The notes under the pieces are model-generated. The model saw only the letters and a list, made by a program, of their open reading frames with translations. It had not been told where the DNA came from and did not search any database. From Oligoflexia bacterium (GTDB lineage Bacteria > Bdellovibrionota > UBA1018): DNA of 64,000 nucleotides. Shown here in pieces: positions 1 to 9,343 of this stretch. The DNA lies in contig CAITVN010000080.1 of assembly GCA_903895855.1 (NCBI GenBank), forward strand, positions 48,092-112,091, given 5' to 3'. Every line of letters begins with the position of its first letter. The stretch's first letter is position 1. The position numbers and the translations under genes are program-made.

Positions 1-130
1 CAACGCGACCCCAGGCCGGAGCAAAATCGAACTTTTTCTCGGCAGAGTCTTCAACATCTGTCGGTGAGGCAGCGTGAGCAAACGAACTCACCATCAAAAA
101 CAGAACAAAAGTATAAAATTGAGTTTTCAT
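1..130 (-). CDS. partial CDS (N-terminus only; continues beyond window start); predicted secreted protein
   Basis: revcomp of 1..130 reads MKTQFYTFVLFLMVSSFAHAASPTDVED..., a typical Sec signal peptide; truncated by window edge. Confidence 0.4.
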   Translation of the reverse strand, partial: MKTQFYTFVLFLMVSSFAHAASPTDVEDSAEKKFDFAPAWGRV

Positions 131-157
131 CATCATTCCTCGTATTTTTTTAAAAAT

Positions 158-1552
158 TTACTTAATCAAACCCAAGAACTTCGCATGGTACGCTTCAGGC
201 TTTGAAGCCACCGGTGCTTTAGTTTTGATGTCGTTGTCAGACCAAGACGCATCCCAAAGGTCTTTGAAGTACAGACCATATTTCTTAGTCAACTCAGGTG
301 ATTGGGCCAAGTAGAAATTTTCCCAGTTATTTCTCATCGCTGCACCGGTGTACTGACCGGCACCAGAAAAGGTTCGTTTGCCACTCAAAATACAAAATTT
401 ATTGTGCATCATTTGACCGTTACCACCGGCATTGTGGTTAGTTTTGATGTATCTGATTTTAATGTTTGGGTGCTGAAGTGATGACGCCAAAAATTCTTGC
501 ACACCTTCAACTTCGCCTTCACCAGTCAGCAAGTCGTCATCAAAAATAATTCTCACGTCAACGCCAGCTTGAGCCGCTTGCATGAGTGCCGCGGCAATGC
601 CACCGTGTAAAAAGTGCTGAACGGCAATATACAGGTAACCATTTTTACCATCGGCAGCCACCTTTGCAATTTCTGCAGTGAAAGTTTTCACGACTTCATT
701 GTTGTTATTAGGCGAATACATCGGAGCCACTCCATCTTTTGCAATCGCTTTTTCAGCCTGATACATCGGGATCACGGCATTGTTCACGTAACAGCTCTCA
801 CGAGCGTCGATGTACGCTTGGGCCACCACACCGTCAAACTGGCTTTTCACTCCGCCTTCATACATTTTGACTTCAGTTGCCTTGGCATCAGCCGCAGTCA
901 AGCCTTCGAACACACAACGTTGAGCCTTCACTAAGTTGGTGTCTGGCGTAGCGGTGAGCACACCCCAATGGTCTAAGTGAATACTCGTGCCAAAGGCCGA
1001 AAGGTTTCCTGATGAAAAATTGATGTTGATGTACTCACCATTTCCCGGGTCAACCATCATCGTTTTATTGTGATGAAGTCTCCACGGTGTCGAAGTCATC
1101 CCGCCGAGAATGACGAGCTTCAAGTTCGGTTTCGCTTTGTCTTTTTGACAATCAGTCTTTAAAGCCTGAAGCTCTGGCGATACCGATCCCGCATCGATGT
1201 AGGCTTCAACCGGAATACCGGCCATACCAACCTCACAAAGTTTTTTCTGAATTTTTTTATTTGAAAAACTAAAATAGGCAATCGAGACCTTCGCTGTTTT
1301 TGGATTGGCAAGTGCACGATCGAGCTGAGCCGCAATTTTCGCACTCATACCTGATAACTCGTCCATCGCAATCATGTCTTCTTTGCCCTCACACCAAGTT
1401 TTAGGCATGCCCTCGTGTTTACAGTCTTGAACCGTGTGCATCATATCGAAAGTCACACCCGCATGTGCGGCGGCCGGTAGAAGCGCAGCCAAGATACCAA
1501 GCATTCCTGAATTCGAGAATAAATGAGCAAATCGAGTGTTCAGTTTTTTCAT
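158..1552 (-). CDS. secreted phospholipase D-family protein (two HKD motifs)
   Basis: 464-aa ORF; N-terminal signal peptide (LGILAALLPAAAHA); two HxK(x)4D-type motifs (HHNKTMMVD... and HNKFCILSG...) typical of PLD/cardiolipin-synthase superfamily. Confidence 0.65.
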   Translation of the reverse strand: MKKLNTRFAHLFSNSGMLGILAALLPAAAHAGVTFDMMHTVQDCKHEGMPKTWCEGKEDMIAMDELSGMSAKIAAQLDRALANPKTAKVSIAYFSFSNKKIQKKLCEVGMAGIPVEAYIDAGSVSPELQALKTDCQKDKAKPNLKLVILGGMTSTPWRLHHNKTMMVDPGNGEYININFSSGNLSAFGTSIHLDHWGVLTATPDTNLVKAQRCVFEGLTAADAKATEVKMYEGGVKSQFDGVVAQAYIDARESCYVNNAVIPMYQAEKAIAKDGVAPMYSPNNNNEVVKTFTAEIAKVAADGKNGYLYIAVQHFLHGGIAAALMQAAQAGVDVRIIFDDDLLTGEGEVEGVQEFLASSLQHPNIKIRYIKTNHNAGGNGQMMHNKFCILSGKRTFSGAGQYTGAAMRNNWENFYLAQSPELTKKYGLYFKDLWDASWSDNDIKTKAPVASKPEAYHAKFLGLIK

Positions 1553-1712
1553 GAAATTAGAGCTCCTATGGGCACTTGAAACATTGAGATTACCCCCTCG
1601 ACTACCACGACCCGACTTTATGCGTCAATTTTTTCAGTTTCAATCTTTATTGAACCGCGCTAATTCTCATAGACTGAGAATAATCGCTTCGAAAAACCGA
1701 TTGGAAAATTTA

Positions 1713-2687
1713 ATGAAAATACGCGTCGCCGCCGTTCAAATAAGACCACAACTCACAGTTTCTTTGACTGTCATTAGAGAGCTGTTCGAAACGGCACTCG
1801 ATTCGGGAGCTGAAATCATCGCTTTTCCTGAACATTTTTTCTTATTTCCAAAAGACAAAACTTCTTTTATTAAGCAAGCCAAAGAAGAATCAGAAATGCT
1901 CAAAGAGACCCTCATTGAGTGGGCCACTGAATACCAAGTGGGCATTATCGGTGGCACGATCCCCACGTTTGATTCACCACTTGGCGAAGAAACCTCAGAC
2001 GAAGATAACCCAAAGTCGGCGGCCAAATCACCCAAGTCGAAATCAAGTTCAAAGCCCACATCAAAATCAGTAGAGAAACCTCATTCAGCAAAGCCCTACA
2101 ACGAAACGTTCTTCATCACCCCTGACGGCGAGGTAGGAGCTCAGTATCAAAAGATTCACCTCTTTGATCAGGGCAAACACCCCGAGTCTGATTACTTTCA
2201 ACCGGGGTCAAAACCTGCGATCGCTGAGCTCGAGTCTGAAGAAGACAAAACAAAGCTCGGATTTGCGACTTGCTACGACCTTCGGTTTCCTGAACTGTTT
2301 CGTTATTATTATCATCAAAATGTTGAAATATTCGCACTACCTTCAGCCTTCACTCAAAAAACAGGCAGAGCACACTGGGACATTCTCACGCGCGCTCGCG
2401 CAGTTGAAAATCAAGCCTATGTGATTGCGCCAAACCTTTGGGGCGATGTTGATAGTGAACTCACCTTGCATGGTCACACCCGAATCATAGACCCATGGGG
2501 CCGTGTCATTGCCGAGCGACCTAGCGGCGATGGAGTGATCTGGGCCGATCTTGACATCACTGCCCTTAGGCACCTGAGGGCCGAGTTCAAATTAAAACCT
2601 CGAATCGATGCTTCAAAGCAGTTTCGACTCGCTCAAGACTCCACTCACCAACCACAAAAAGCTCACGACAAACCCAAGAAAAAATGA
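1713..2687 (+). CDS. carbon-nitrogen hydrolase (nitrilase superfamily) with low-complexity Lys/Ser-rich insertion
   Basis: MKIRVAAVQIRPQ start at ATG 1713 (the longer ORF 1536 overlaps upstream gene); catalytic Cys context GFATCYDLRFPE; internal KSAAKSPKSKSSSKPTSKS insert. Confidence 0.7.
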   Translation: MKIRVAAVQIRPQLTVSLTVIRELFETALDSGAEIIAFPEHFFLFPKDKTSFIKQAKEESEMLKETLIEWATEYQVGIIGGTIPTFDSPLGEETSDEDNPKSAAKSPKSKSSSKPTSKSVEKPHSAKPYNETFFITPDGEVGAQYQKIHLFDQGKHPESDYFQPGSKPAIAELESEEDKTKLGFATCYDLRFPELFRYYYHQNVEIFALPSAFTQKTGRAHWDILTRARAVENQAYVIAPNLWGDVDSELTLHGHTRIIDPWGRVIAERPSGDGVIWADLDITALRHLRAEFKLKPRIDASKQFRLAQDSTHQPQKAHDKPKKK

Positions 2688-3676
2688 GTTCAAGATTTCA
2701 GGCTGCGATTACTCGAGAAGCTCGGTCACCAATTTCTATCGAAGTATTGGGTTCTGGCGAAGCTTTCAGTGGACAAGACGGCAATACGTCATTCTTACTG
2801 CTTGCCCCGGGCAATCAACGCCTAGGTGGTGCTCACAAAAAGCTCAGCGCTACCCGCGAACGTTTGAGAGCTACCTTAGTTGACTGCGGATACCAAACTC
2901 CGGCGCGGCTTTTTTCTGATCCCAGAATATTTAGAAAAATCAGCCGAACCAAAAGAGCCCCGGCCTTTTCAATCGACCAAATCGTACTCACGCACTCGCA
3001 CGCTGACCACGCCTTTGGTGTGGTTCCGCTTTTGATGAAGTATTGGCAAGAAAAACGAACTAAACCTCTCATCATCATCGCCCCGCGCGGAACCCGAAAA
3101 GTCATCGAAACTTTTTTTAAACTCAGCTACCCGCCGGGCATTTCGCGAATGCAGTTTCAAATTCAGTGGATTGAATCTCAACCCTACTTACCCCTAAAAA
3201 GCCTGGGTTGGAATTTTGAATTCGTAAAGACCGATCACAAAGTGCTGAACTTGGGCTTTCGAGCCTTTCACGACACTCAACCTCACTTCTCACTCGCCGT
3301 CAGCGGTGATGGAGCGTTAACAGCCGAAGCTGTGGATGTTTTTTCAAAAGCCGATATTTGGTTTCAAGAAGTCTTTACCTTGGCTGAAATCATTCCGGGC
3401 CACACGACACTCAGGCAGCTAGAGCAATTCACGAAGAAATTGAAAAACCTACCGGCCACAGCCCCTCTCGCCACGCCAACAAAACCGCTTTCGATTGTGT
3501 GCACGCATCCGATGGACGAGTGCCGAGAAATGATCAGACGAGCAGTCGATCGAATCAATTTAAATGCGACGAAACAAAAGCGGGCCATCACTTTTGTTTC
3601 AGCAACATCAGAAGACAAAGCCATTCTAACAAAAAAAGGATTTCACTATGTCTGTAACCCCAAAATTAAACTCTGA
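2684..3676 (+). CDS. metallo-beta-lactamase fold hydrolase
   Basis: VLTHSHADHAFGVVPLL His motif of MBL fold; 330 aa; start uncertain (overlaps nitrilase stop). Confidence 0.55.
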   Translation: MSSRFQAAITREARSPISIEVLGSGEAFSGQDGNTSFLLLAPGNQRLGGAHKKLSATRERLRATLVDCGYQTPARLFSDPRIFRKISRTKRAPAFSIDQIVLTHSHADHAFGVVPLLMKYWQEKRTKPLIIIAPRGTRKVIETFFKLSYPPGISRMQFQIQWIESQPYLPLKSLGWNFEFVKTDHKVLNLGFRAFHDTQPHFSLAVSGDGALTAEAVDVFSKADIWFQEVFTLAEIIPGHTTLRQLEQFTKKLKNLPATAPLATPTKPLSIVCTHPMDECREMIRRAVDRINLNATKQKRAITFVSATSEDKAILTKKGFHYVCNPKIKL

Positions 3677-4874
3677 CCGCCCGATGGTCTTAGTCACAGT
3701 CACCGGCGTCGACTCGCCTGGAATTACTTCAGCAATGACTGAAATTCTCGCTACCGGTAACGTCGTGATTCACGACATTGGCCAAGCAGTGATCCATGAC
3801 CTGCTTTCACTATCGATCTTATTTGAACTGGGCCACGGGGCTGACGACAAGGCCGTCATCAAAGACTTGCTCTTCAAAGCCACTGAAATGGGATTAAAAC
3901 TTGATTTTCGGGTCTTCGATTCGAAATCTGAATCACAAAAAGAGCGTCTCAGATCAAAGGGCTACCGCTACGCCCTCACTTTAATTTCTGACAAAGTCAC
4001 AGCCAAGGCCCTACACGCAGTGACCGGCGTAGTGGCAAAATTCGGCCTCAACATCGATACGATCGAGCGCCTTTCTGATGCTGAATTTAGCTGTGTTGAA
4101 ATGATTGTCTCAAAAGAGCAGGCGCTCGAGCGCAGTGAATTAAAGAAAGAACTGCTCACCATCGCCAGAGAAACGGGCGTCGACGTTGCCCTTCAAGCCG
4201 AGGGCCTTTATCGCCGCGCCAAACGCATGGTCGTACTCGATATGGATTCAACCCTCATTCAATCAGAGGTGATTGATGAATTCGCGCGTGAACGCGGAGT
4301 TTACAAAGAAGTTGCTGAGATCACCGAAAGCGCCATGCGTGGCAATCTGCCTTTCGATGAAAGTTTAAAAAAGCGAGTCTCAAAGCTCGTTGGCCTGACC
4401 ACTGCCGAAATCGATGCGGTCTACAAACGCATCGAACTAACCCCAGGGGCCGAAGAACTCATACGTGTGCTCAAGAAGCTCGGTTACAAAACGGCCATCA
4501 TTAGCGGCGGGTTCTCAGTCATCGCTGAGCGATTTCGCGAACGTTTAGGTATCGACTATGCTTATGCCAACCAACTTGAAATGGAAAAAGGCATCGCCAC
4601 TGGTCGCGTGATACCGCCGATTGTAAATGCCGAACGAAAAGCCGACTTGCTTGATGTGATCGCGCAAAACGAACGCATTCACTTAGACCAAGTCATCGCC
4701 ATTGGCGACGGCGCCAATGATTTGCTCATGCTAGAACGCGCCGGACTCGGCATTGCTTTCAACGCCAAGCCGCTGGTGAGAGAAAAAGCTGATTTTTCGA
4801 TCAATCAAAAAAATCTCAAATCTATTCTTTATCTCTTGGGAATTTCAGGCCGCGATTTGACTGATCTTGCTTAG
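3648..4874 (+). CDS. serB: phosphoserine phosphatase SerB with N-terminal ACT-like regulatory domains
   Basis: HAD motif I VVLDMDSTLI, motif GDGANDL near C-term; N-terminal about 190 aa ACT-like duplication as in SerB2-type enzymes. Confidence 0.8.
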   Translation: MSVTPKLNSDRPMVLVTVTGVDSPGITSAMTEILATGNVVIHDIGQAVIHDLLSLSILFELGHGADDKAVIKDLLFKATEMGLKLDFRVFDSKSESQKERLRSKGYRYALTLISDKVTAKALHAVTGVVAKFGLNIDTIERLSDAEFSCVEMIVSKEQALERSELKKELLTIARETGVDVALQAEGLYRRAKRMVVLDMDSTLIQSEVIDEFARERGVYKEVAEITESAMRGNLPFDESLKKRVSKLVGLTTAEIDAVYKRIELTPGAEELIRVLKKLGYKTAIISGGFSVIAERFRERLGIDYAYANQLEMEKGIATGRVIPPIVNAERKADLLDVIAQNERIHLDQVIAIGDGANDLLMLERAGLGIAFNAKPLVREKADFSINQKNLKSILYLLGISGRDLTDLA

Positions 4875-4892
4875 ATTCGACTCTACTTCGGG

Positions 4893-4925
4893 TAATCACC
4901 ACCAGGTGACCGGTCATTTTCTATT
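4893..4925 (+). terminator. putative hairpin plus T-rich tract after serB
   Basis: ggtaatcaccaccaggtgaccgg hairpin followed by tcattttctattt. Confidence 0.3.
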
Positions 4926-5007
4926 TACAGTTTAACCTAACCAAGAGAGAGTTTAGCACTTGTTTGAAGTTTAACCGTTTTTGACCAACTCAAAAGGACA
5001 ACTTTTT

Positions 5008-5406
5008 ATGAAATTCAAATTGACCCTGACCGTCTCACTGGCGTCTAGCCTATTCCTGCTTACTGCATTTTCTTTTACCTCTACCAACGCATTAGCTTGT
5101 GCCTGTGACCAAGCAGGCGACAAAACTGGCACCGAAAGCGACAGCAAGTGTAGCTGCACAGATGCGACTAAATGCGAACACCATGATGGCGATACTTGCA
5201 AAGCCCATCACAAAGGCCACATGAAAAATGCGAATGGCAAAATGCACGGTAACGCTAAATACAAGAACCACAAACAAATGAAAGCGGCCGTTGAGCCAAT
5301 CGAAACACCAAACGGCGCGGGCAAAGATTCTGGTGACCACGAGGGCGACACCAAGAAAGCCGAAGACCCTGCTGCTCCTACTGAAGCCCAGCCAGCCAAG
5401 AAGTAG
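5008..5406 (+). CDS. Cys/His-rich secreted protein, putative periplasmic metal-binding protein
   Basis: ATG 5008 with AAAGGA SD 8 nt upstream; signal peptide then CACDQAGD...CSCTDATKCEHHDGDTCKAHHKGHMKN... rich in C/H/K/D; Pro/Ala-rich C-terminus. Confidence 0.5.
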   Translation: MKFKLTLTVSLASSLFLLTAFSFTSTNALACACDQAGDKTGTESDSKCSCTDATKCEHHDGDTCKAHHKGHMKNANGKMHGNAKYKNHKQMKAAVEPIETPNGAGKDSGDHEGDTKKAEDPAAPTEAQPAKK

Positions 5407-5432
5407 TTAAAAAATCGTCTCATTAACACAAC

Positions 5433-5473
5433 GGCCCTTGTCTTGATCGTCAACGGCGTTCAGACAAGGGCCA
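5433..5473. terminator. 11-bp-stem hairpin between convergent genes (metal-binding protein + / thiolase -)
   Basis: ggcccttgtct ... agacaagggcc perfect inverted repeat with 19-nt loop; no clear U-tract. Confidence 0.35.
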
Positions 5474-5606
5474 GTACTCATCGACTCAGAGCCAAACCGC
5501 ACTTTCGGCGACATAAGCGCAACCTTTTAGTCGGTTGATTTGCTGATCGAGTTTTTTTATCAGTTGATCAACTCGAGATTTTCGGAGCCAATTTTTTTAA
5601 GGCCAA

Positions 5607-6806
5607 CTACTTACGGTAAACCGTTACGACAGCAGCCCCACCTAGACCTAAGTTATGCTGAAGGGCCGCGCGAACATTGGGCACTTGGCGTTTTTCGGCC
5701 TTGCCGCGAAGCTGCCAACAAAGCTCAGCGCACTGTGCAAGTCCGGTGGCCCCTAGAGGATGCCCCTTTGAAATCAATCCCCCTGAAGGATTCACCACCC
5801 ACTGCCCACCGTAGGTCAGAGCGCCCGAATCAATGAGCTTTCCGCCCTCGCCTTCACCACAAAGCCCCAGCGCTTCATAAGTGATCAGCTCGTTGGCCGA
5901 GAAACAATCGTGAAGCTCAATGACTTGAATGTCATTCACCGTCAAACGCGCCTGTTTTAAGGCTTTTTGAGCCGCTACGGCACTCATTTCAGAACCGATC
6001 ATTTTAATGCAGCTTTTTTCAAACGACGACGCAAAATCAGTCGCCATTGCCATGCCTGCAATCTCGACCGCTTGGTCTTGAAGGTGGTTCGCCTTAACAA
6101 ACGCTTCACTACACAAGACTGCCGCGCCCGCACCGTTTGAAGTCGGGCAACACTGAAGCTTCGTTAGTGGGTCAAAAATCGTGGTCGAAGCCATCACTTC
6201 ATCAAGCGTGTAAACGGTTTGAAACTGGGCATAAGGATTATTCGCCGAATGGCGATGATTTTTTTCGGCGACTTTTGCAAATTGTAATTTGGTCGAACCG
6301 TAGCGCTCGATGTGCTCTCTTGCGGCCCCCCCAAACATCTGCACTGCCATTGGCCCCTCGGCTTCGCCTCTCACGCGATTCATCGTATCGATGTGACGCT
6401 GCAACGGATTGCGCCGATCGCTACCGCCTAAGTTGAGCGAACCTTTTTGCATTTTTTCAAACCCGAGCGCGAGCACACACTCAGCCAAGCCACCTTCGAT
6501 GAACTGTTTAGCCATGAAAAGCGCAGTCGACCCGGTTGAACAATTATTATTCACATTATAAATAGGAATTCCAGTCAACCCCAGTTCATAAACCGCTGCC
6601 TCGCCTGAAGTCGATTCGCCGTAAACATAACCCACACAGGCTTGCTCGATCTTATCGTAACTGACACCGGCGTCTTGCAAGGCTTTCGTACCTGCCTCAC
6701 GGGCCAAGTCGGTGTAATCGACCTCGCGTGCCCCTGGTTTTTCGAACTTCGTCATTCCGACGCCCACCACAAAAACTTTTCTACGAGCTTGATTGATGTC
6801 TGTCAT
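5607..6806 (-). CDS. thiolase family protein (SCP-x / nonspecific lipid-transfer-protein type acetyl-CoA C-acyltransferase)
   Basis: 399 aa; N-term [13 protein letters not shown]; thiolase motifs incl. C-terminal GHPLGATG and [12 protein letters not shown]; resembles SCP2-thiolase subgroup. Confidence 0.8.
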   Translation of the reverse strand: MTDINQARRKVFVVGVGMTKFEKPGAREVDYTDLAREAGTKALQDAGVSYDKIEQACVGYVYGESTSGEAAVYELGLTGIPIYNVNNNCSTGSTALFMAKQFIEGGLAECVLALGFEKMQKGSLNLGGSDRRNPLQRHIDTMNRVRGEAEGPMAVQMFGGAAREHIERYGSTKLQFAKVAEKNHRHSANNPYAQFQTVYTLDEVMASTTIFDPLTKLQCCPTSNGAGAAVLCSEAFVKANHLQDQAVEIAGMAMATDFASSFEKSCIKMIGSEMSAVAAQKALKQARLTVNDIQVIELHDCFSANELITYEALGLCGEGEGGKLIDSGALTYGGQWVVNPSGGLISKGHPLGATGLAQCAELCWQLRGKAEKRQVPNVRAALQHNLGLGGAAVVTVYRK

Positions 6807-6839
6807 ATGCCAAAAGACTAGCCCCCGTTTTTGAGTTTG

Positions 6840-6911
6840 TCACCCGCAAGTTTGCTTCACGTGTCACCCGCAAGTTTGGCTCGGCTATCACCCGCAAGTT
6901 TGCCTCACTTG
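6840..6911. promoter_or_regulatory. three tandem 24-bp direct repeats (tcacccgcaagtttgNNtc) in divergent promoter region of thiolase / protein-glutaminase genes
   Basis: tcacccgcaagtttg occurs at 6840, 6864, 6888 with exact 24-bp spacing, 35-105 bp upstream of the thiolase start codon (minus strand). Confidence 0.45.
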
Positions 6912-7030
6912 TCTAGCCACCTGCCTAACCCGTAAACACCCCGGCCATCAATCTTGGCCCAGGCCGGCGTCTACGGTCGGCCTTTACGATGAGCCACAAT
7001 GTGGCACTCTAATTGCGATGCTAGTTCACC

Positions 7031-7825
7031 TTGATGAAACCAAAACCGAAAATTGAGCTGAACCACTTAAAAACCCTCATCGCGCTCACTGGCCTAATCG
7101 CTGCGACTTCAGCGTTAATCATGGCAAGTTTGCCCGCCCGAGCTGAACCACTCTACCCAACCAAACACCGACGACTACCCAATGTTGAATTTTCTTCAGA
7201 AAAACAGCTTACTGGTTGGATTCGCTTACTCAATTCTGCTTCGCAAGTGCTCGACTTTGGTTCACTCCCCGACGGAACCCTTCCAGGCGCAGACGGCAAG
7301 CCACTCGAAGTGAGCATTCTCACTGAGACCCAAGCCTTTGCGCTTTTCGATGAACTGTCACATCTGCAAACGCTTGACTTCAATGTGATTCGCGACGGCT
7401 GCTACGCACGCGCGCACGAGATGGCGCAAATTCTAGACTCAAAACAAGTGGTCTCAGCTAAAGTTTTTGTCACCGGAGACCTCAAAGCACGAAGCGTCAC
7501 AGAACCCACGGGATATGCTTATTGGCGGTATCATGTCGCGCCGGTTGTCTTAGTCTTGAATGAGAATCGCCCACACGACAAGCAGCCGAAAGCTGCCTTG
7601 AGGGCTTGGGTTTTTGATCCAGGCCTGTTTGATCGCCCCACCCCCATTCAAGACTGGATAGATGCCCTATCGATCGAAAATCCGTATGACAAGACAGAGA
7701 GACCTTTCTTTTCTTTCAACACTCGTTTCAGGTACTCAATCAATGACCCCGACCCGATTGACCATTACCGCGATGAAGACTTGCTACACCAAAGAGAGAC
7801 ACTCGCTAAACTGAAGCACCATTAG
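7031..7825 (+). CDS. secreted protein-glutamine glutaminase-like (papain-like Cys-His) enzyme
   Basis: signal peptide; DGCYARAHEMAQIL and WRYHVAPVVLVLN match the catalytic Cys/His segments (DGCYARAHKMRQIL / WSYHVAILV) of Chryseobacterium protein-glutaminase as I recall them. Confidence 0.55.
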   Translation: MMKPKPKIELNHLKTLIALTGLIAATSALIMASLPARAEPLYPTKHRRLPNVEFSSEKQLTGWIRLLNSASQVLDFGSLPDGTLPGADGKPLEVSILTETQAFALFDELSHLQTLDFNVIRDGCYARAHEMAQILDSKQVVSAKVFVTGDLKARSVTEPTGYAYWRYHVAPVVLVLNENRPHDKQPKAALRAWVFDPGLFDRPTPIQDWIDALSIENPYDKTERPFFSFNTRFRYSINDPDPIDHYRDEDLLHQRETLAKLKHH

Positions 7826-7838
7826 AAGTCTGATTCTA

Positions 7839-8119
7839 CACTTAGGCTTCGGTGGCAACCCAAATGGATAAAGCTCAATGCCATCATTCGGAACGGCTCC
7901 TGCCTTGCCTGCACTTCACGTAATTCCAAATAAAATAGCTTCGCCTTATTTTGAACTCGGGCGTCGCATGGAGGCGACAATAGCCCGCGAAAACAGGAGG
8001 TTTGCTTCAAAATAAGGTGAAGCTATTTTATTTGGAATTACGTGAAGACGCATCCGCTCGCAGGAATCCTTTGATGGCATTGAGCTTTATCCATTTGGGT
8101 TGCCAGCGAAGCCTAAGTG
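7839..8119. repeat. nested-palindrome repeat element (REP/MITE-like), copy 1: 48-bp outer inverted repeats, 42-bp inner inverted repeats, 50-bp unique core
   Basis: outer arms 7839-7886 / 8072-8119 (1 mismatch), inner arms 7912-7955 / 8006-8047 (1 mismatch); core 7956-8005 ctcgggcgtcgcatggaggcgacaatagcccgcgaaaacaggaggtttgc shared with element at 24759-24810. Confidence 0.75.
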
Positions 8120-8130
8120 ACTAATCACCA

Positions 8131-9333
8131 TTAGAACCGGTAACTCACCTGACCAATGCCCGTGATCGAATAGGCAGACGACGCGAAGAAAAAATCTACC
8201 CCCACGCCCAAGCGCAAATCTCGCTCGAGGTAATAAAAAACAGTCGGCGAAACGCCGTACCCCAAATCAACGAGCGTTACTTTGTATTTTGCCAAGCTTA
8301 AGCTCAAATCAGTAGTCCAATCGTCATTGAGCACGTAACTGCCGCCGAGTTCAAATGCATAATCAGGAAACGATTCGACCAAGCGTTTCAAACTACTCAA
8401 ACGAAAAGAACCTGAAGGCGCGCCGCCGTCTTCACCAGAGAAAACCGGAATGAGACTCAAAAAAGAAGTGGCATCTTTACTATAAAAATAAGAGGTGTGA
8501 GCGCCTCGCAAACTAAATCCGCGAGGATCTGAATACCCCACGCGCAACCCAACTCCCTCACGGCCCAACTCTTCAAAACGAGTTTGGTGCGTGTAGCCTA
8601 CTAAAAGATGAAAATCGAGAGTAGGAATGAGCTCTAACTGAATCACCGGCACATCATCAATACTACGGTATTTTTTGTTGATTCCGACTTCGTTGGCGCC
8701 AACTTCAGTTTCAGAATCTTCGTCGTCGTCATCAACCGCCCCAGTTTCGCGGTCGTCGATGTGATGTTTCACCTTCAGTTTTCGAGTACTGAGCGGCAGA
8801 GTGTATCCCAGCTCAAAATCAACACTACCGCGTCGATACGGATCTAATTGAAAGGCACTTTCAAATTTTATCTGAGATTTAAATTGAATTTGGTCGTTGG
8901 GCTCATACCCAAGGCCGGTTGAAAATGAGTTCAGTAGTGAAAACGAACTCGAATAAGTCATCTGATAACCCAAGAGCCAACTTAATTCTGAAGGTTCTTC
9001 TGGGTAGCTTTCTAGCTCTTCTTTTTCTGCTTTCGTGAGCCAAATATTAGTCAAATCACTCGAGGGCTTTCTCAGCCTTCCGCCTCCAGAAAAAGCCTGG
9101 CTAAAATAGCCGGGCCCCGCTGAACTCAGCGCTTGAAAAAACTGCCTGTCGTCGATGGGTTTGGCGTCATGAGTTTCGTTACGGTCACGAGCATCAACAT
9201 GCGAACGGCCTTGAGAACTCGGTTGAGAACTGGCGTGAGAAGATAAAACAAACGATCCAGAAAACGTCAGCAACAAAAACAAAGAGGCGGCCCTGTTGAA
9301 GGGGCCGCCTCTTAGAGTGCGAAAAACAACCAA
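8131..9333 (-). CDS. outer-membrane beta-barrel protein (hypothetical)
   Basis: C-terminal ...GIGQVSYRF aromatic terminus, alternating amphipathic strands; signal-like region NRAASLFLLLTFSGSFVLSSHASS; 5' end trimmed to TTG 9333 because longer ORF overlaps sod. Confidence 0.45.
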   Translation of the reverse strand: MVVFRTLRGGPFNRAASLFLLLTFSGSFVLSSHASSQPSSQGRSHVDARDRNETHDAKPIDDRQFFQALSSAGPGYFSQAFSGGGRLRKPSSDLTNIWLTKAEKEELESYPEEPSELSWLLGYQMTYSSSFSLLNSFSTGLGYEPNDQIQFKSQIKFESAFQLDPYRRGSVDFELGYTLPLSTRKLKVKHHIDDRETGAVDDDDEDSETEVGANEVGINKKYRSIDDVPVIQLELIPTLDFHLLVGYTHQTRFEELGREGVGLRVGYSDPRGFSLRGAHTSYFYSKDATSFLSLIPVFSGEDGGAPSGSFRLSSLKRLVESFPDYAFELGGSYVLNDDWTTDLSLSLAKYKVTLVDLGYGVSPTVFYYLERDLRLGVGVDFFFASSAYSITGIGQVSYRF

Positions 9334-9343
9334 TGACGTTAAT

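Noticed and set aside
614-934. Many 60-140 aa ORFs antisense to or nested within long genes (e.g. 614..934, 1736..2059, 6137..6436, 10612..11341, 22232..22628, 35366..36272, 43979..44470, 48194..48635)
   Set aside because: Fully overlapped by longer ORFs with clear homology-type motifs; typical shadow ORFs in about 50% GC DNA.
7822-8010. 62-aa ORF inside the nested-palindrome element
   Set aside because: Lies entirely within inverted repeats; sequence dictated by palindrome symmetry; no RBS.
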